Positions 13,664 to 28,605 of a stretch of DNA of 64,000 nt are shown here, one piece after another (the first letter of the stretch is position 1; every line of letters begins with the position of its first letter). Source of the DNA: Azolla caroliniana (lineage: Eukaryota; Plantae; Polypodiophyta). Below the pieces are notes generated by a model. That model was not told where the DNA came from. It worked only from the letters and a program-made list of their open reading frames with translations, and searched no databases. Location: assembly GCA_043228905.1 (NCBI GenBank), contig JBHGNT010000020.1:2108001-2172000 (forward strand), read 5' to 3'. Position numbers and translations under genes: made by a program.

Positions 13664-15599
13664 TTCACCCTCCTATTTCATTCTACATATGTGATGGCCG
13701 TATAAATATCATACATATAAGATCATCATTTGTCTAGCAATTATCCCACTTCCATTTGGCAAGATAGAGGGTATGTCTATATAGAATGCTCGAGGAGATC
13801 CTCTTGCTTAACTATCTCACATGCATTCGACACTATTCAAGGGTGCCCATAGGATGTGAACATCCCTTTAGCCTTCTTTAGTGCTCTTGATAGAGTTATA
13901 ATATTTTCAATATAATTTCTTGATTCTCCTCGAGATTTTCATGTCCTGTTGTTCGTAGGTTTGTGACAACACTCTGCATTTACTAAATGTTTGAGTTGCT
14001 TTTTTTCCATAAAAACTATACTCCATTAAAATAAACAATGTCAAAGGCAATCTACAAATTGTACATAATAGTTTCCACTCCACAAGTAACTATCATAAAA
14101 AGGACCAAATATAAATGATGGCATTTGGCAAGATAAAGCTATTTATATCCATGAAAACTCTCTCAGCCTTTGCCAACAAGACCCATTCTCAACATATAAA
14201 CAAATTCCTGCGATCCAAGAGATACATATCTTTGTGGTAATCCTAGTCAACATACCTTGGCTAGTAGTAAAAAAACTCCATGTTTGCATTTGGTTCCGCA
14301 TATACTGAAGTTGTTCACCATCACTTGGCTGCCCACTAGGTGATGCTATTTGACAAATGTTTGGTACACAGCAATTGAAGACACAAAAGTAGTCCATGAT
14401 GCACCTGACGCTTGGGGTAAAATGTGATGGGCTACCTTGGATAGCCCCCATCTATCATCTCCCATATCAAAACAACCATGTCCTTCATCTCCACGAAAAT
14501 TGAAAATGTACTTGTAATTAATCTCCCTATAAACCAAGATGAACTATGTCCTCCTCACCTCACACCATCTTCACTCAACCTTAACAATAAACAAAATTAT
14601 GCTTCATTCGGTCTGCATCAACCATCTCGCCACTTACTACCAAGGTCCTGTACTCATAACAACAAAATGAGTCTAGTGTGATTCTCATCCCCCCCACCAT
14701 CATCACTCCTAAAAACAGACAAATTGTGTCATTCAGTCCACATCAACCATCTCACTGAATACCACCAATGTCCCATGCAAATAACAACAAAATAAGTGAA
14801 AATTATTCCTCATCCCCTCATGATCTTCTTCAGCCCTCACACCAACACCACTCATCCTCTCGTCGTGACAAACATGTTTCAAACCCCATTGAGTTGCTTT
14901 TGTATCATCATACTACCATGGGCATAAGACATTCTCTAGATTCAAAGTTGTTACACTTTATCCTCACCCCTTGATTATGTAAGCATTAAAATCCAAAGTT
15001 TAGAAACAAGTACAATATGTAAATAACGATAACGATAATCTCCAAGTGTGTGAAAAGTTCGCTTTTAAAGGGTTGTAAATTGTAATATGTAAATGAGCCT
15101 TATGAGGACATGGGAATTAGTGAAGACAACAATTAAAGAATCCACATTGTAGCATGATACAATCATCAAATAAGTCATTAATAAAAAAGGCACAACTTAT
15201 TGTTCTCTCTTCTTCGTGGCTCCTTCTTGATCCTTGTTGGTGGGGTGGAGGTCCTCATAGTGCTACACCCCTAATAAATAGAGGTGTCTCACTTTCTTTA
15301 ATATTGGATGCAAATAAATTTTCTCACCTGATTTATTTCGTAGGCCAATTGTTGTCTTTAAAGTAATGTTCAAAAGTGTTTCCTGGTCTCTAGAAATTGT
15401 AGAGGTAGAATTTTTATTATTTCATCTTAGACATGATCATACAACATAATCAACATTGTGAAAAAGGTCATATAATATATTTGAGTGAAGACTATCGTCT
15501 ACTCCAACTCTATACCGTTTACATCTACAATTTTTAGTATTTGTTTCTACAATCTAGTATCTCAAATATGGGGATTGTATTTATAATCCAAGATGATTG

Positions 15600-17150
15600 A
15601 AGAAAACTAATGAGTTTGAGTTACCACAATGTTTGTTGTAGATTCTCTCATAAGCTAACATGTCTCATCCTCCAAATCACCTCACATAATCGACAAATCC
15701 AACTCAATTCATGAAGGATATTGCATATCTACTAATTTCCAAAGTTCAAACCAAGACTATGTGAAGTCATTCTCATCATTTATCTATAGTTGTCTACATC
15801 TCACAAAAGTGGTCATTCTAATCAAGTATATGATCTCCTTGAAATGCTTTCTCGTTGTGTTTTCCATATGGCTTACAGACTATTCCTCTCTTTACCTCTA
15901 GGGTTGACATGTAGTGCAAAGAACATTTTCCATAACCCATTCTCTACTATTGCACTATGTACACTCGAACATTTGTGTTCATTCATAAGCTTGAAAGAGA
16001 GGGTATTTTGAAAATTTGAGGGATGTTTTGGAAGTTCATAAAAAATTATGGGTGTTGTGTTATCTCCCTTCAAAAACTTGATGCCAAATATAACTAGACC
16101 ACCAAGAACCATAAGTTGAGTCATTTTGCATTGAAAAACGATATCAACTAACAGAAAGGAAATGTTAACGAGCAAAACTAAAGAGTCAATATAAACCATA
16201 ATCAATTACCCAAAATTTTGTTGATTGCAGCATCCTAAATTATCCATAAAGCCCATCCAATGATACCTAAGGTCCTCAATGTCAGATGGTAAAAAAGCCA
16301 AAGAGCGAGAATAGCTTTCAAAACTAGTGAACTAGGAACATTTTAGATACTAGGCAACTTGTTGCATGAAAAGTGTCAAATGGGTGAAATCCAAAATAGA
16401 TGAGAAGGGTTTCATCTACTTATTCACATTGCTTGCAAGTGGCCACACCATTTATCTTTGCTGTAGCCACACACCAATTCTCAAAATTCCATGTACACAA
16501 CATTAGAGAAATGAGATCTTCCCTTGAGTAACAAATCCTTCCACGCTCCTTTCACTCATTATTCCCAAACAAATGATGACTATTGCATACACCACATATC
16601 CTCACAATATGTATCTACCATGGTTTATTTTGCAATCTCATATTTGTTTAAATTAGCTTTGGGCAAGCGAACCAAATCGTGGAACCATGTTTCACCCGAT
16701 ATTGGATGCACAAGGGGTATGGTCCAAAACAAATGGTAAATCTCACAACCGAAGGGAAAGGGCATGTGATGTATCAAAGTTCATGTACCTTGTATAAAGA
16801 GGAAGGTAATACATATTTTCCTTAACGGTAAATACATACATTATGGTCTATACACCTTTGTGAGCAAAAAATAAGATGTATAAAGCCTACAATTTATCTG
16901 CATACAAAATAACACTCCAATAGTTCATCAATCTCAAATCCTCATTAGTTTCCTTTGGATGTAGATATACATACAATTCTGCATAATATTTTTTTGAAGA
17001 CCAAACACCTCTTTTACTGAAAAACATGTTTCCAGCATATAAGCCATATTTTTGCCATAAGCTAATTGGTTTTTTGAATGCATGCTTAAAATTGTTTTCA
17101 ATTCGCTCGATACCTCTTTTCATTTACTAGTTACCCTTGTTCATCTCGAG
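15600..17150 (-). mobile_element. Possible highly decayed LINE remnant
   Basis: Faint zf-RVT-like CKQCE.VDET peptide on the minus strand near 16410-16440. Weak; boundaries approximate. Confidence 0.3.
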
Positions 17151-17807
17151 TGATCAAGGCCAGTTACATTTCTTATGTTTGTCTTGAGTTTTCAGTCCCT
17201 GTACCACTAAAGGTTTGTCTACAAAAAGACGCACACACATTTATAACATAAATATGAATGAAAAAAAGATAAATAGATGTATTTCTTGATCCCATGTCTT
17301 CACACATACAAGATCTTTTAGTTGGAACTAACTGAACGAAACGCATAAAAAATGTAAAACAAACAATGACTATAATCACATTGACATATCAGATAGCACA
17401 TCTTTTTCATTACAAAATCTTTGGTCATTGTCACTTCGGGTGTGGCTTTATCCTGCAAAAATATCCATCAGGGAACCTCACTTACCTTCAACTAGTACTT
17501 CAAGGTGATTTTATTAGATTTAGGGTTTTACAATGCAACTATGGATAGCACAGCATGACCTAACTTGTATGATGGATGATGATGAATCTTTTCATTCCCA
17601 AGTTGGTTCTTTGAGACCGAGACTATATGGTTGCCATTTCTCAATACTTTATCGTGCCTTCACTGCAGATGAAGCTCCAGGTGATGATGCTAAACTACTC
17701 GAGAAAATCATACAATCATCTTGACAAAAGTTGCACCTTGCACCCCTTATCTTGGTGGATTTTTCAAACCACTAAATAGAGATAAATCTACATAATATAA
17801 ATAGGAT

Positions 17808-20800
17808 CTATGAACCGAACACTTGAATTGCCGACTTGAAGATCTCAACAAAACTCTGGGAAAGATCAGGCTCATCCATCTTGTAATTTACAATGCACTT
17901 CTTTGACGTGAGATTTACTATGCATTCAACCAAGAAATATCTAGTAGTGACTGTGGCGGATTTTTGTGCAAAGAAAAAGAACTTGAAATTTGGTGCTTGG
18001 CCACCTGAGGCAATACAATGTATTAACTTGGTTTGCATGTGGCGTAGAAGCGGTTGGGGTCCCGTCAAATTCATCAAAGCTTGAGGAGACAAAGCATATT
18101 CCTAAGCAGAAAAATAAAAACAAAAGACACTTCAGAGAAATCTCCCGTTACATTTTAATAGCTTCAAGTTAAAATAGTCTACATTCTTAAAAATATTGAC
18201 CTGCTTTGGTTTACAGGGTACTTTATTTATCAAATGTGGAATCTTCCATTTTTATTTCTTTTTTAATTTTCTTGATTTAACAACCTAGTAAAGTTACTAC
18301 ACATTCATGGCCTACATATATCACATACTTATAAGTATATCTATATCTATATCTATACCTATACCTATACCTATACCTATATAGGCCATGCGTACCTGAG
18401 AAGATGTAATTGGAAGCTGTCTCCATTTCAGTTGAAAGTCTGATGGACTTAGGATCGGCTTCGTAGCAAGAGCAAGTGGAGCGGGAGCTGCAGGTATGCT
18501 AGGAACACCCAGCCCAAGAAGGTCATCAATCGCTGAGGAAGAAGACTGTGGAGGAGGTAACATACTGGTAATAACAAGTGAATTCGATAATGGCAGATCG
18601 GTTGAAGTGGGAGGTGCATGATAAGCTGAAGAGCCATTGCTTATTATTGCCATTGCTTTAATATCCTCCTTCTCTGAGGCACTCAATAGGAGGTCATTAT
18701 CATTTGCATCCACATTCTGACCTGGCAACATGGTGTCTGTCGATTCTGTCACCGATGCGGCATCATCTGAGAATTCAAGAGGGCCTCCTCTATGCTCTTT
18801 ATCTAAGAACATGTATGAAGGCTGCAGATGATAAAAAAATCCAAGTGAAAGATGCTTTAGCAAAAGCAATTCATGCTCCTACTCTGGATCTGTGGGCTTT
18901 TGCTAAATATCTGAGATTTCCAAAACATTTTCAAAAACTTGGAAAACAAATAGACAGATGAAAGGTAAATACTACTAAATAGGTGACTGAAATCAAAGAT
19001 ATTTATGATTTATCTCCTTGAGCTTATTCTAATTATTAACTTATCAAAAAAGGATTCCTTTTAACCTAAAATACAAAGTAGGAATCTGAAAATTTGACCT
19101 GTTGGTAAACAACTGCAAGACTGTTGAATTCATCAAATATCCGGTCCTTAATTTCACTGCTTTGTGTCTCGGCAAACACAGAAACAGCTTGTTTTGTAGG
19201 ATTAATAACCCGCTCAGCGGTTTCAACTCCATGTCGTAGAAGCCGATAGTAGAGTAGTCCCCGGTCATGAACATCCTGATTAAAAAAGATAGCAGATGAA
19301 AATTTTCCACATTCAGAGACCTATTCAGAAACCCAAAAAGTGAACTTAATATTGACAAATATGTCATGAGACACCAACAATAAAATATAGGCAGAGAGCT
19401 TTGCACAAATAATTAATTTGCTTTTTTTTTTTCGTTTCTCATTTCTGGCATCTCTAGATCTCCTATTCACCCTGTTTTTTTGCACTGTACTGTCAAATTG
19501 TATAATGGATGGCCACTGAGCATAATTCATAACATTATTAGGGCGTTAATCAAAGGCCTGATATGGCCCATTAGGTATTAGACTAACTAGACATAGATGG
19601 CTATGGTTTAGAAACACAAAACTTAAAGTTTGTCGTTTATAATCATGTGAGATTTAGATCTTTATATAACTTAAGCTTGAGGTCTCTCCTCCTTCCTTAC
19701 TAGTTTTCACTTGTCGTTTTGTGCTCAGTTCATCATTGTTGTGTTCTTTAGCTCCTCAGAAAGCTCTTCTAGAGAGCTTTCTAATGCATGTTTAGACAGT
19801 GCATGCTGATACTGTGGTGATAAGTTATGATTGATTGTTTCTGTGGTCCACATTTCTTGGAACTGAAGATTAATTTTCATAAACCTCGCTCAACAACTAC
19901 AAGGTACATTCTCTTTTACTTGTCTATTCATTAGTAGCAAATGGCTATGGGCCTAGTTTCGGCTTAAACTGAACCGAACCATTAAGCCATGGTTTAACAG
20001 TTTGATAAGTTCAATATAATTAAGCAGTTTGGTTTGGTTCAAATATTTTTGGTTTTAGTTTAGTTTCGCTCTAAAACTTGGGTTTATCGGTTTATATGTT
20101 TAAATGGTTTGGTTTAATGGTTTAGTTAATGTCTTTCTATTTATTTAATTAATTTAGCTTAAATGGTATGTAATTTATTGTATTTTTTTATTTTTTTAAT
20201 TAACTTCACTTAAATGCTTATTTAATTTAGTGTATTTTTATTCTAAATTATTAAAATTAATTTGACTTAAATGGTTAGGTTTAAATTTGTGACTAAATGG
20301 TTCAGTTCGGTTTCAACTTTTCCCTAAACAGTTTGGTTAGAATGGTTTGGCTTAGCTTTCGTAAAAGGGTTGGTTTAAGTGGCTTGGGAGTTGATAAACA
20401 GTTTGGTTTGGTTTTTGTTTTCTAGAAATGGTTGGGTTGGGTTTCACTGCAAAAAAACCAAACCAAACCAATCAGGGCTCATTGCTAGTAGTAAATATTC
20501 CAAGAGGTGCAAGAGCTATTGATGATGTAAATTAAAGCCCAAAGAAGGATGTGCATAATCTATCCATTGAAAAAATTGCGACCATGTATATATCTACGCA
20601 AGAAACAATTATAAATTTGCAAAGTAAAATACATGCTTGTAAAGAAGGAGAATTAAATCTTCAACATGGAATGGAGATTCAAAATATAACGATGAAAGAG
20701 GAACTACATGCAATGAAAAAAATGACTATTCAAATGCAAAATAATTGGATGCCTACAATTGAACAAAAAATGTTAAATCTAGAAGTGGAAAAAGAGATGC

Positions 20801-23800
20801 TAATGAAGGAAAATGTTGAAATGAAATCTACACTTGAAGCAAAGGAAGATGTGATCATGACAAATTTAAGTGTTGGGTTCTTGTTTTGAATCACAAAAAC
20901 TTTTCCACGGTTTAGGGTTATGAGAGTATTTATAGACAAGGGGAGAAAACCTCCTAAAGAGGGAAAAAATGCCCCTGTAGTCTTAAGTGTGGTCACACAT
21001 CACTGTCCTAAGTGTGTTCACACACATCACTACCAAAATATGTCAACAAAAAGATGTTCTCCTAAGAGAAGCACCAAAAACCACAATACACACAAATCTT
21101 GCAATGAATTCTAACACTATAAATGCACAAGTTGCAAAAGAGCAAATTGAAAGAAGAAAGAATAAAGTTGTTATTAGAAGCATGCAAGACAATGAATCAA
21201 AGAATACACTTTCTCTAAAAAAGAATATTACAAATTCTTGGAAGATCGTTTTGCTATGGAAGATGGTATTGTATGTGCCACATAGGGTTGGTAAGAAAAG
21301 GTTAGAGGAAACATCTTTCCGATATATTGTTTGTACAATCCTAGATAAACACAAAAAAGATATCATTTTAGATAGCAATAGAGTGTATCTCAAGAGTACA
21401 AGTTTCTTTATAACGAAGGATTGAACTCCAAAAAAGAAAGAACGTTACAGGAAAGCATATGCATCTAGGAAAGGCATTCAAAATGCATAGCAAATAATGA
21501 TCCATGGGACTACATATACCTCAATTTTGAAAATTTTGTTTAGATTTGTAGAGGATATTCATGGGATAAGGGATTGGGACTAAGTGATGTAGCATGAGGT
21601 GTTGATGTTAAATTTTTGGTCGAAACTTGGGAGCATGATGCAAAATTATGCCTAAGATAGACGACTACCTTATAAATCGATATGGCCTCACTCCTAAGTG
21701 AATATTGGACGTACAAGTATAGCATGATGATTATACACAATACCTATGGATAGAGATGAATTTGGGCAAAGAAAGAAAGAAAGATATATTAACGTCTTTT
21801 AAGAGGCCAGAATGGCCTATAAGACCAAACAAGAGATTACATCTTAAATGTTGTATCGTCTTTGAGAACAACAAATCACAATAAAATAAATATTACTCGA
21901 TAAATACAATAGTAAATAAGATAACAAGAGATGGGGGAATTTGTTTTTTGCTACATGTGAGATTCTCATGTTAGATATATTGTAACTTCTGTCTTCAAAA
22001 GATCTCTAGCATAGGTCGATCTAGAATGGAGAGGTCTCCGAAGCGAGGGAAGCACCTACGATGGCGGAAGATAATGGCAAAGAGAACCTCTACATAGCCA
22101 CATTCCTTATAAAGAGTTAAACTACTATAGTAGATTTGGGTTGGAACATGATGATATACTTGCTTTTGAGAAGCTTGGTAAAGTGTTGATTATGAGAGAC
22201 TTTACGAGTTTGAAAATACCAAAACATAGAGATACCAATTTTGACATATTTTGGTAGTGATGTGTGTGAACACACTTAGGACAGTGATGTGTGAACACAC
22301 TTAGGATAGTGATGTGTGTGAACACATTTAGGATAGTAATGTGTGAACACACTTAGGACAGTCATGTGTGTGAACACACTTAGGACTACAGGGGCATTTT
22401 TTCCCTCTTTAGGAGCTTTTTCCCCCTTTCCATGAAAACTCTCATAACCCTAAAGTGGTGAAGTTTTTTGGGGATTTCAAAATAAGAACCCAACAGTGGT
22501 ATCAGAGCTACAAAGCGACATTTGAGCAGCAATGTAACGGCTCTCATACGCAATCCGTTTGTGCCATATGTGGTGGCATTTTTCTGCTGTTGAAAGAACA
22601 AATTTCTGCATGTTTTCTTCCTCTGCGCAGTTTCAATTGTATGTTTTTTTTCTGCTTCCAAGTCGATTCAATCCTAGAAAAAGCCTCCTTGAGTCTTCCA
22701 AGACATTCCCATAACCCTCACAAATCAGATTTGCTTCCCTTTTCTCTTCGCTTGTTCATCTTTCAAGTCAAAGAGGTATGTTATTAGCTTTTATTCATTC
22801 AGCAGTCCATTTTTTACATCAAAACGTGTTCAGTCCACCGCCATGGCTGAGAGCAATGATGTATTTCGGATGCTTGCTATTGGGGATAAACTGGATGGAA
22901 TTACGGCCATGGCTGAGAGCAATGATGTATTTCGGATGCTTGCTGTTGAGGATAAACTGTTGATGCGCCATGTATTAGTAGCAAAGGGGTTGTGGAATGT
23001 GGTTCAAGGGGCTGAAAAACGTCCTGTTGTTGAGAACACAAATGCTGATGGTATTGATTCTGTCAAGGATGTTGATCATCCTGCTCATGCCCATGCTATA
23101 GTTTCTGTTGTACCAACTACAGAGCAACTTCGTTGGGATGGAAGAGATGCTCAGGCATATGCTTTGATAGCTTTGTCTGTGAAACGTACCATTATTCCCC
23201 ATATTCGCTCTTGCAAGACAGCAAAGGATGCTTGGGATACTCTTACCACTTTGTACCAAGCAAGAAATGAGGCTCATGTTGCTTATCTCCGAAAACAATT
23301 GGAGAGCGAGCACATGAATGAAGGTGATTCTATGGACAGCTTTCTTACAAAAATCAAAGATTTAAAGGAACAATTAATTTCTGCTGATGAAATGATGCCA
23401 CATAGTTAACTTGTGCAAACCGTTCTAAATGGTCTTCCTGATTCATATCAAAGTTTTGCTTCTACCCTTCGTTTAATGATGAAAGTTAATCCCAATGCCT
23501 TGTCATTCGAGGAGCTATTCTCTATTTTGTTACAAGAAGATCAGTCTAGGCAAAATAGGTCTAATATGCGTGTTGTAGATTAAGCTTCCTTAGCTAGTCA
23601 GAAGGGCAAAGGTAAATGGAACTCTTCTGCTAGCAAGCAAAGATTTGCTAATAATTCACAAGTGAATGAAAAAAAACAAGAGCAGAAACAAAAACTGTTT
23701 TGCAAATATTGTAAAGGAATTGATCATATTATGAAGAACTGTCAAAAATTGGCTGCAAAAGAGGCAAAGAAAAAGGAGGCAGGACTCCTTGTTGCAGAAG

Positions 23801-26800
23801 TCTCTGCACCAAAAACAGAGTCTACAAATCTTGTGTAGAATGAAGAATGGGCATTTACTACTGTTTGCAGTTTTGACCCATCTTCACTTGAACAATGTAT
23901 GTCTGTTGTACAATCAGATGTTTGGTACTTCGACAGTGGGGCAACCAAACATATTACCTCGCAGCGCAATTTCTTCACTTCATTGGAGCCTGCCCCTACA
24001 GGGAATACTGTCACATGCGCCAACAACTCATCTTATCCAGTTATGGGTGTTGGTAAGATCATTTTGACTACTGCTGATGGTAGTCCTCTCATCTTGTCAA
24101 ATGCTTTGTTTGTGCCAGGGATTAAGAAAAATCTGTTGTCAGTTTCAGCATTAGCCAAGGTTGGCTTGGTTGTTAAATTTGTTGATGACAGGTGTACAAT
24201 TCATGATCTTTCCAATGGGGATGTTATTATTGTTTCCTGCATTTTATGTCGTGGGCTGTATAAACTCGTAGATTATGAAAGATCTATAAATGATTCAGCC
24301 TGTGCATACAGGATTCTCAAGCTATTTCAGATGCAAAGATTTGGCATGGATGGGTATATCCATTGAAGGCAAAGTCCGAAGTGTTTCTGTGCTTCAAACA
24401 ATTTCTAGCTTTGGCTGAGAATTTGTCAGCATGTAAAATGGGCACCCTCCGTTTTGATCGAGGGGGGTAGTATATGTCTTCTGAGTTTAATGCATTTCTG
24501 GCTGAAGGTGGGATAAAACATCAGTGTACAGTACCGTATACACCTCAACAAAATGGAGTTGCTGAAAGAAATAACAGGTCACTCATGGAAATGGTGAGGT
24601 GTATGGTCAAAAGTCAAGCCTTACCACATAGTTTCTGGCTTGAGGCTGTCATGTGTGCAGCATATGTACTCAACAGGTGTCCCACTAAAGCACTGCACTC
24701 TCACTCCATATGAAGCTTGGCATGGCCAAAAGCCATCTGTTGCTCATCTGTGTGTTTTTGGTTGTTTGGCATATGCATTAGTGCCTAAACAACAACGCAA
24801 AAAATTGGATGATAAAGCAGTGAAATGTATTTTTGTAGGATACAATTCTGAAAGTAAAGGCTATCGTCTGTACCATCCACAATCTAAATGCATTTTGGTT
24901 AGCCGTGATGTTGTTTTTGTGGAGGATGCAATTCAGCCACTTCTTTCATGTATGAAGGAGACATCAGTTAGCTCCAAAGATGTGTATGACACTTTGTTGT
25001 CTCTGTTTACAAGTGGACAGTTAAGTGTAGCCTTTGGAAGCTACTCATAATGATGTAGATCATTCCATTTCTAATGCAGATCATTCTATTTCTGATGCAG
25101 ACTTACATGATGCACTTATTAATGAGAGGGCTGATATAGAGGCAAAGACTTTGCAAGACAGTAAATTGGATTTTCCTTTGTCATAAATGGCTGTTGCAGA
25201 CTTTGCAAGACAGTAAATTGGACTTTCCTTTGTCATATTGTACTCGTTCAGGTCATCATCGTGCTTTTGCATCAGATTGTTATGCTATGGCTGCCTCTGG
25301 TCTTTGTGATGAGAATGAGCCTGTTTCTTTTGATGAAGCACAAAATTCAGAAAATTGGATGGCTGCTATGCAATCAGAATATAATGCTATTATGAAGACT
25401 AGTACATGGTCTTTATGTGACTTGCCTCCTGGCAAGAAGGCTATTGGCACTAAGTGGGTATATAAGCTAAAGCGTAAACCAGATGGAACAATTGACAGGT
25501 ATAAGGCTAGGATTGTTGTGAAAGGTTATGCCCAAGAAAAAGGCATTGATTTTGATGAGACCTTTGCTCCCACCTGCCGTATGACTACTGTTCGTAGCAT
25601 TTGTGCAATTGCAGTTCATCGTGGTTGGAATGTACATTAGTTGGACATTAAAACAGCATTTCTAAATGGTGATCTTCATGAGGAAGTGTATGTATACCAG
25701 CCCCGTGGTTTTGTGCAGAAAGGGCATGAACACAAAGTGTGCAGGTTGAGAAAGGCATTATATGGCTTGAAGCAAGCACCGCGTTCTTGGTATGAAAAGA
25801 TACATGCCTATTTGATTGCATTTGGGTTTGAGAATAGTCCAACTGAAAGCACCTTATATGTTAAGCGTGCTGATGATGTATTTCTGATCATGGTTGTGTA
25901 TGTCGATGATATGTTGCTCACTGGTCCCAATGAGAAGTATATTGCTGACTTTATGGCTGATTTGTATGCCTCTTTTGAGATGTCAGATTTGGGGCATTTG
26001 AATCATTATTTGGGCATTCAATTCATGCAAGTTGATGGTGGAATAGCTTTGTGACAATCGAAATACATTGCCACATTATTACAACGTTTTGGCCTTGAAG
26101 ACTGTAAACCTATTGCCACTCCCACGAAGACAGGTTTGATGCCACTCTCATGGAGATGCATTTGATGTTGTTCTCTATCAGCAGGCAGTTGGATGCTTGA
26201 TTTACTTATGCATAACCCGACCTGACATTCAGTTTTTTGTCTCTCAAATGAGCAGGTTTATACATTGCCCAGGAGTTAAGCATTGGCAGGCAGTTACTTG
26301 GGTTGTTTTATCCCAAGGGGGGATCACTACCGCCAGACCTGCATGCTTTTTCTGACTCTGATTGGGCTGGTTGTTATGACACTCGTGTGTCCACAAGTGG
26401 TTTTTGCTTCATGCTTGGTAGCTCATGCATATCTTGGTTGAGCAAGAAGCAGCCTACTGTGGCCACTTCTAGTTGTGAGGCTGAGTATAGGGCAGCTTTC
26501 ACAGCTACAGTTGAGTGTGTGTGGCTCAGACGCCTTTTAGCTGATTTGGGTGTTGGTCAGTCTTCTGCCATCACCATCTTCACTGACAGTCAAAGCGCAA
26601 TGGCAGTTGCGAGGAACCCTGTGTTCCATGCTCGCACTCAGCACAATGAGGTGCATTATCACTACGACAGGGAAAGGTTCTCCGCTGGAGAGAGCAGTTT
26701 GGCTTATGTGCCCACGCAGGAGAACATTGCAGACCTCTTCACAAAGGCTCTGCCTAGGGAGAAGTTTGAAGCTTTCCGCAAAGCTTTAGAAATCCTATTT

Positions 26801-28567
26801 GTGGATTCATCTCTATCCACATAGCTTGGCACTTGTTTAACCATGAGTGTCAGCTCCTTGTTCACCGCATCACTCCCAAGGGGGTTTTGTTGACATATTT
26901 TGGTAGTGATGTGCGTGAACACACTTAGGACAGTGATGTGTGAACACACTTAGGATAGTGATGTGTGTGAACACATTTAGGACAGTCATGTGTGAACACA
27001 CTTAGGACAGTCATGTGTGAACACACTTAGGACAGTGATGTGTGTGAACACATTTAGGACAGTAATGTGTGAACACACTTAGGACAGTCATGTGTGTGAA
27101 CACACTTAGGACTACAGGGGCATTTTTTCCCTCTTTAGGAGGTTTTTCCCCGTCCATAAAAACTCTCATAACCCTAAAGTGGTGAAGTTTTTTGGGGATT
27201 CAAAATAAGAACCCAACAACCAAAAGAAAATATAAGTGGATTCTGGTCTATTACATGACTCAAAATATTGTATTGTGACGATTATGGAAGAATTCTTATA
27301 CATATGCTTGACTGCACAAACTTGATCGTTGTAAATGGTTTAATGTTACAAAGGCTATATACACATGAGGGAGTGGCTCCGATGGCTGAGAACATTGGAA
27401 AGACCTTGTAATACATGCATTGAAGATGTCAATAAGGGAGCAAAAAAGATGGTTATTGGGGAAGCAACTAATGTAAGTGTCATTAAAACTAAGCTTTTAA
27501 AATGGACAATGCCATGCAAACACCATTGGATAATGACCATTATAAATCAAGTTATAAACAAGGCTTGATGGTTAGGTCATGAATTCGATTAAGCCAACTT
27601 TTAAAGCAAGAGATAAGAATCACGTATCAAATTGTCGCACAATCATGGAACAAAAGGTAAGTGCACGGGCTTAAAGTCAAAACAAACGAGCACTTGGGCA
27701 AGCGGGCTTTAGACCAAAACACTCCACCGTAGATCATTTGGTTACATTAAGCATAATGAAGAATCAAGTATATCAAATTGTCGCACAATCATGGTGGGCA
27801 CTAAATTGTATAGCACTATCATGGAGCAAACGATAAGTGCATGGGCTAAAAGTCAAAACAAATGAGCACTTTGGCAAGCAAGATTTAGACCAAAACACTC
27901 CACGGTAGATCATTTGATTGCATTAAGCATATTTATGGAAGAAGGTTAGCTACAAGGAAAACGCTCTATTGTTGTTTTGTTGATTTTTTTAAAATTTTGA
28001 TATAGTACCACAAAGTGAGCTTTGGAATAGAATGCTAGAAATGGGCATGCCATTAGTATCAAGTTGCTATTGCACGATTATATGAACAAGTTAGATGACA
28101 ACTAAAAATAGAGAATGAATCCTCAAAATACTTCTTAAGTAACATGGGAGTTAAGCAAGGATGTCCACTATCTGTCATGAACGAATTAACATCATGGCCT
28201 GGACCCAACCATTAAGATATCCTATTGTCATATGAGATGATAAAAGCTACTTTTTGTAATATATTGATTATTGTAAAAACTCTAGAACATTCCAAAACGT
28301 TCTAGAATATCCTAGAACATCTTGGAATATTCTAGGTCTAGAACATTATAGAACATTATAGAAATCTCTAGGCTATTCTATAGGAACCTATAAATAGAGA
28401 CATACAGGTCTTCTCAAATCAATTCGAATGAACACTGGTCTTTAGCTCTCATCACCTATCTTGTATCCGGTTCCTCTTGTGCTCATCCTATCTTAATACA
28501 CCCATTCTTCTCTTATCATTTTGTTCCTTTCTTCTTCTGTTCTTTGGCCTCTTAAAAGACATTAATA

Positions 28568-28605
<38 letters not shown>

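Noticed and set aside
13664-15000. Internal region of the minus-strand LTR element
   Set aside because: Only a faint gag-like peptide (SWTTFVSSI); no partner LTR or PBS found, so it was not called.
26906-27112. CRISPR-like array of palindromic ~26-bp repeats
   Set aside because: The units are head-to-tail with no unique spacers, lie inside Copia LTRs, and no cas genes are present.
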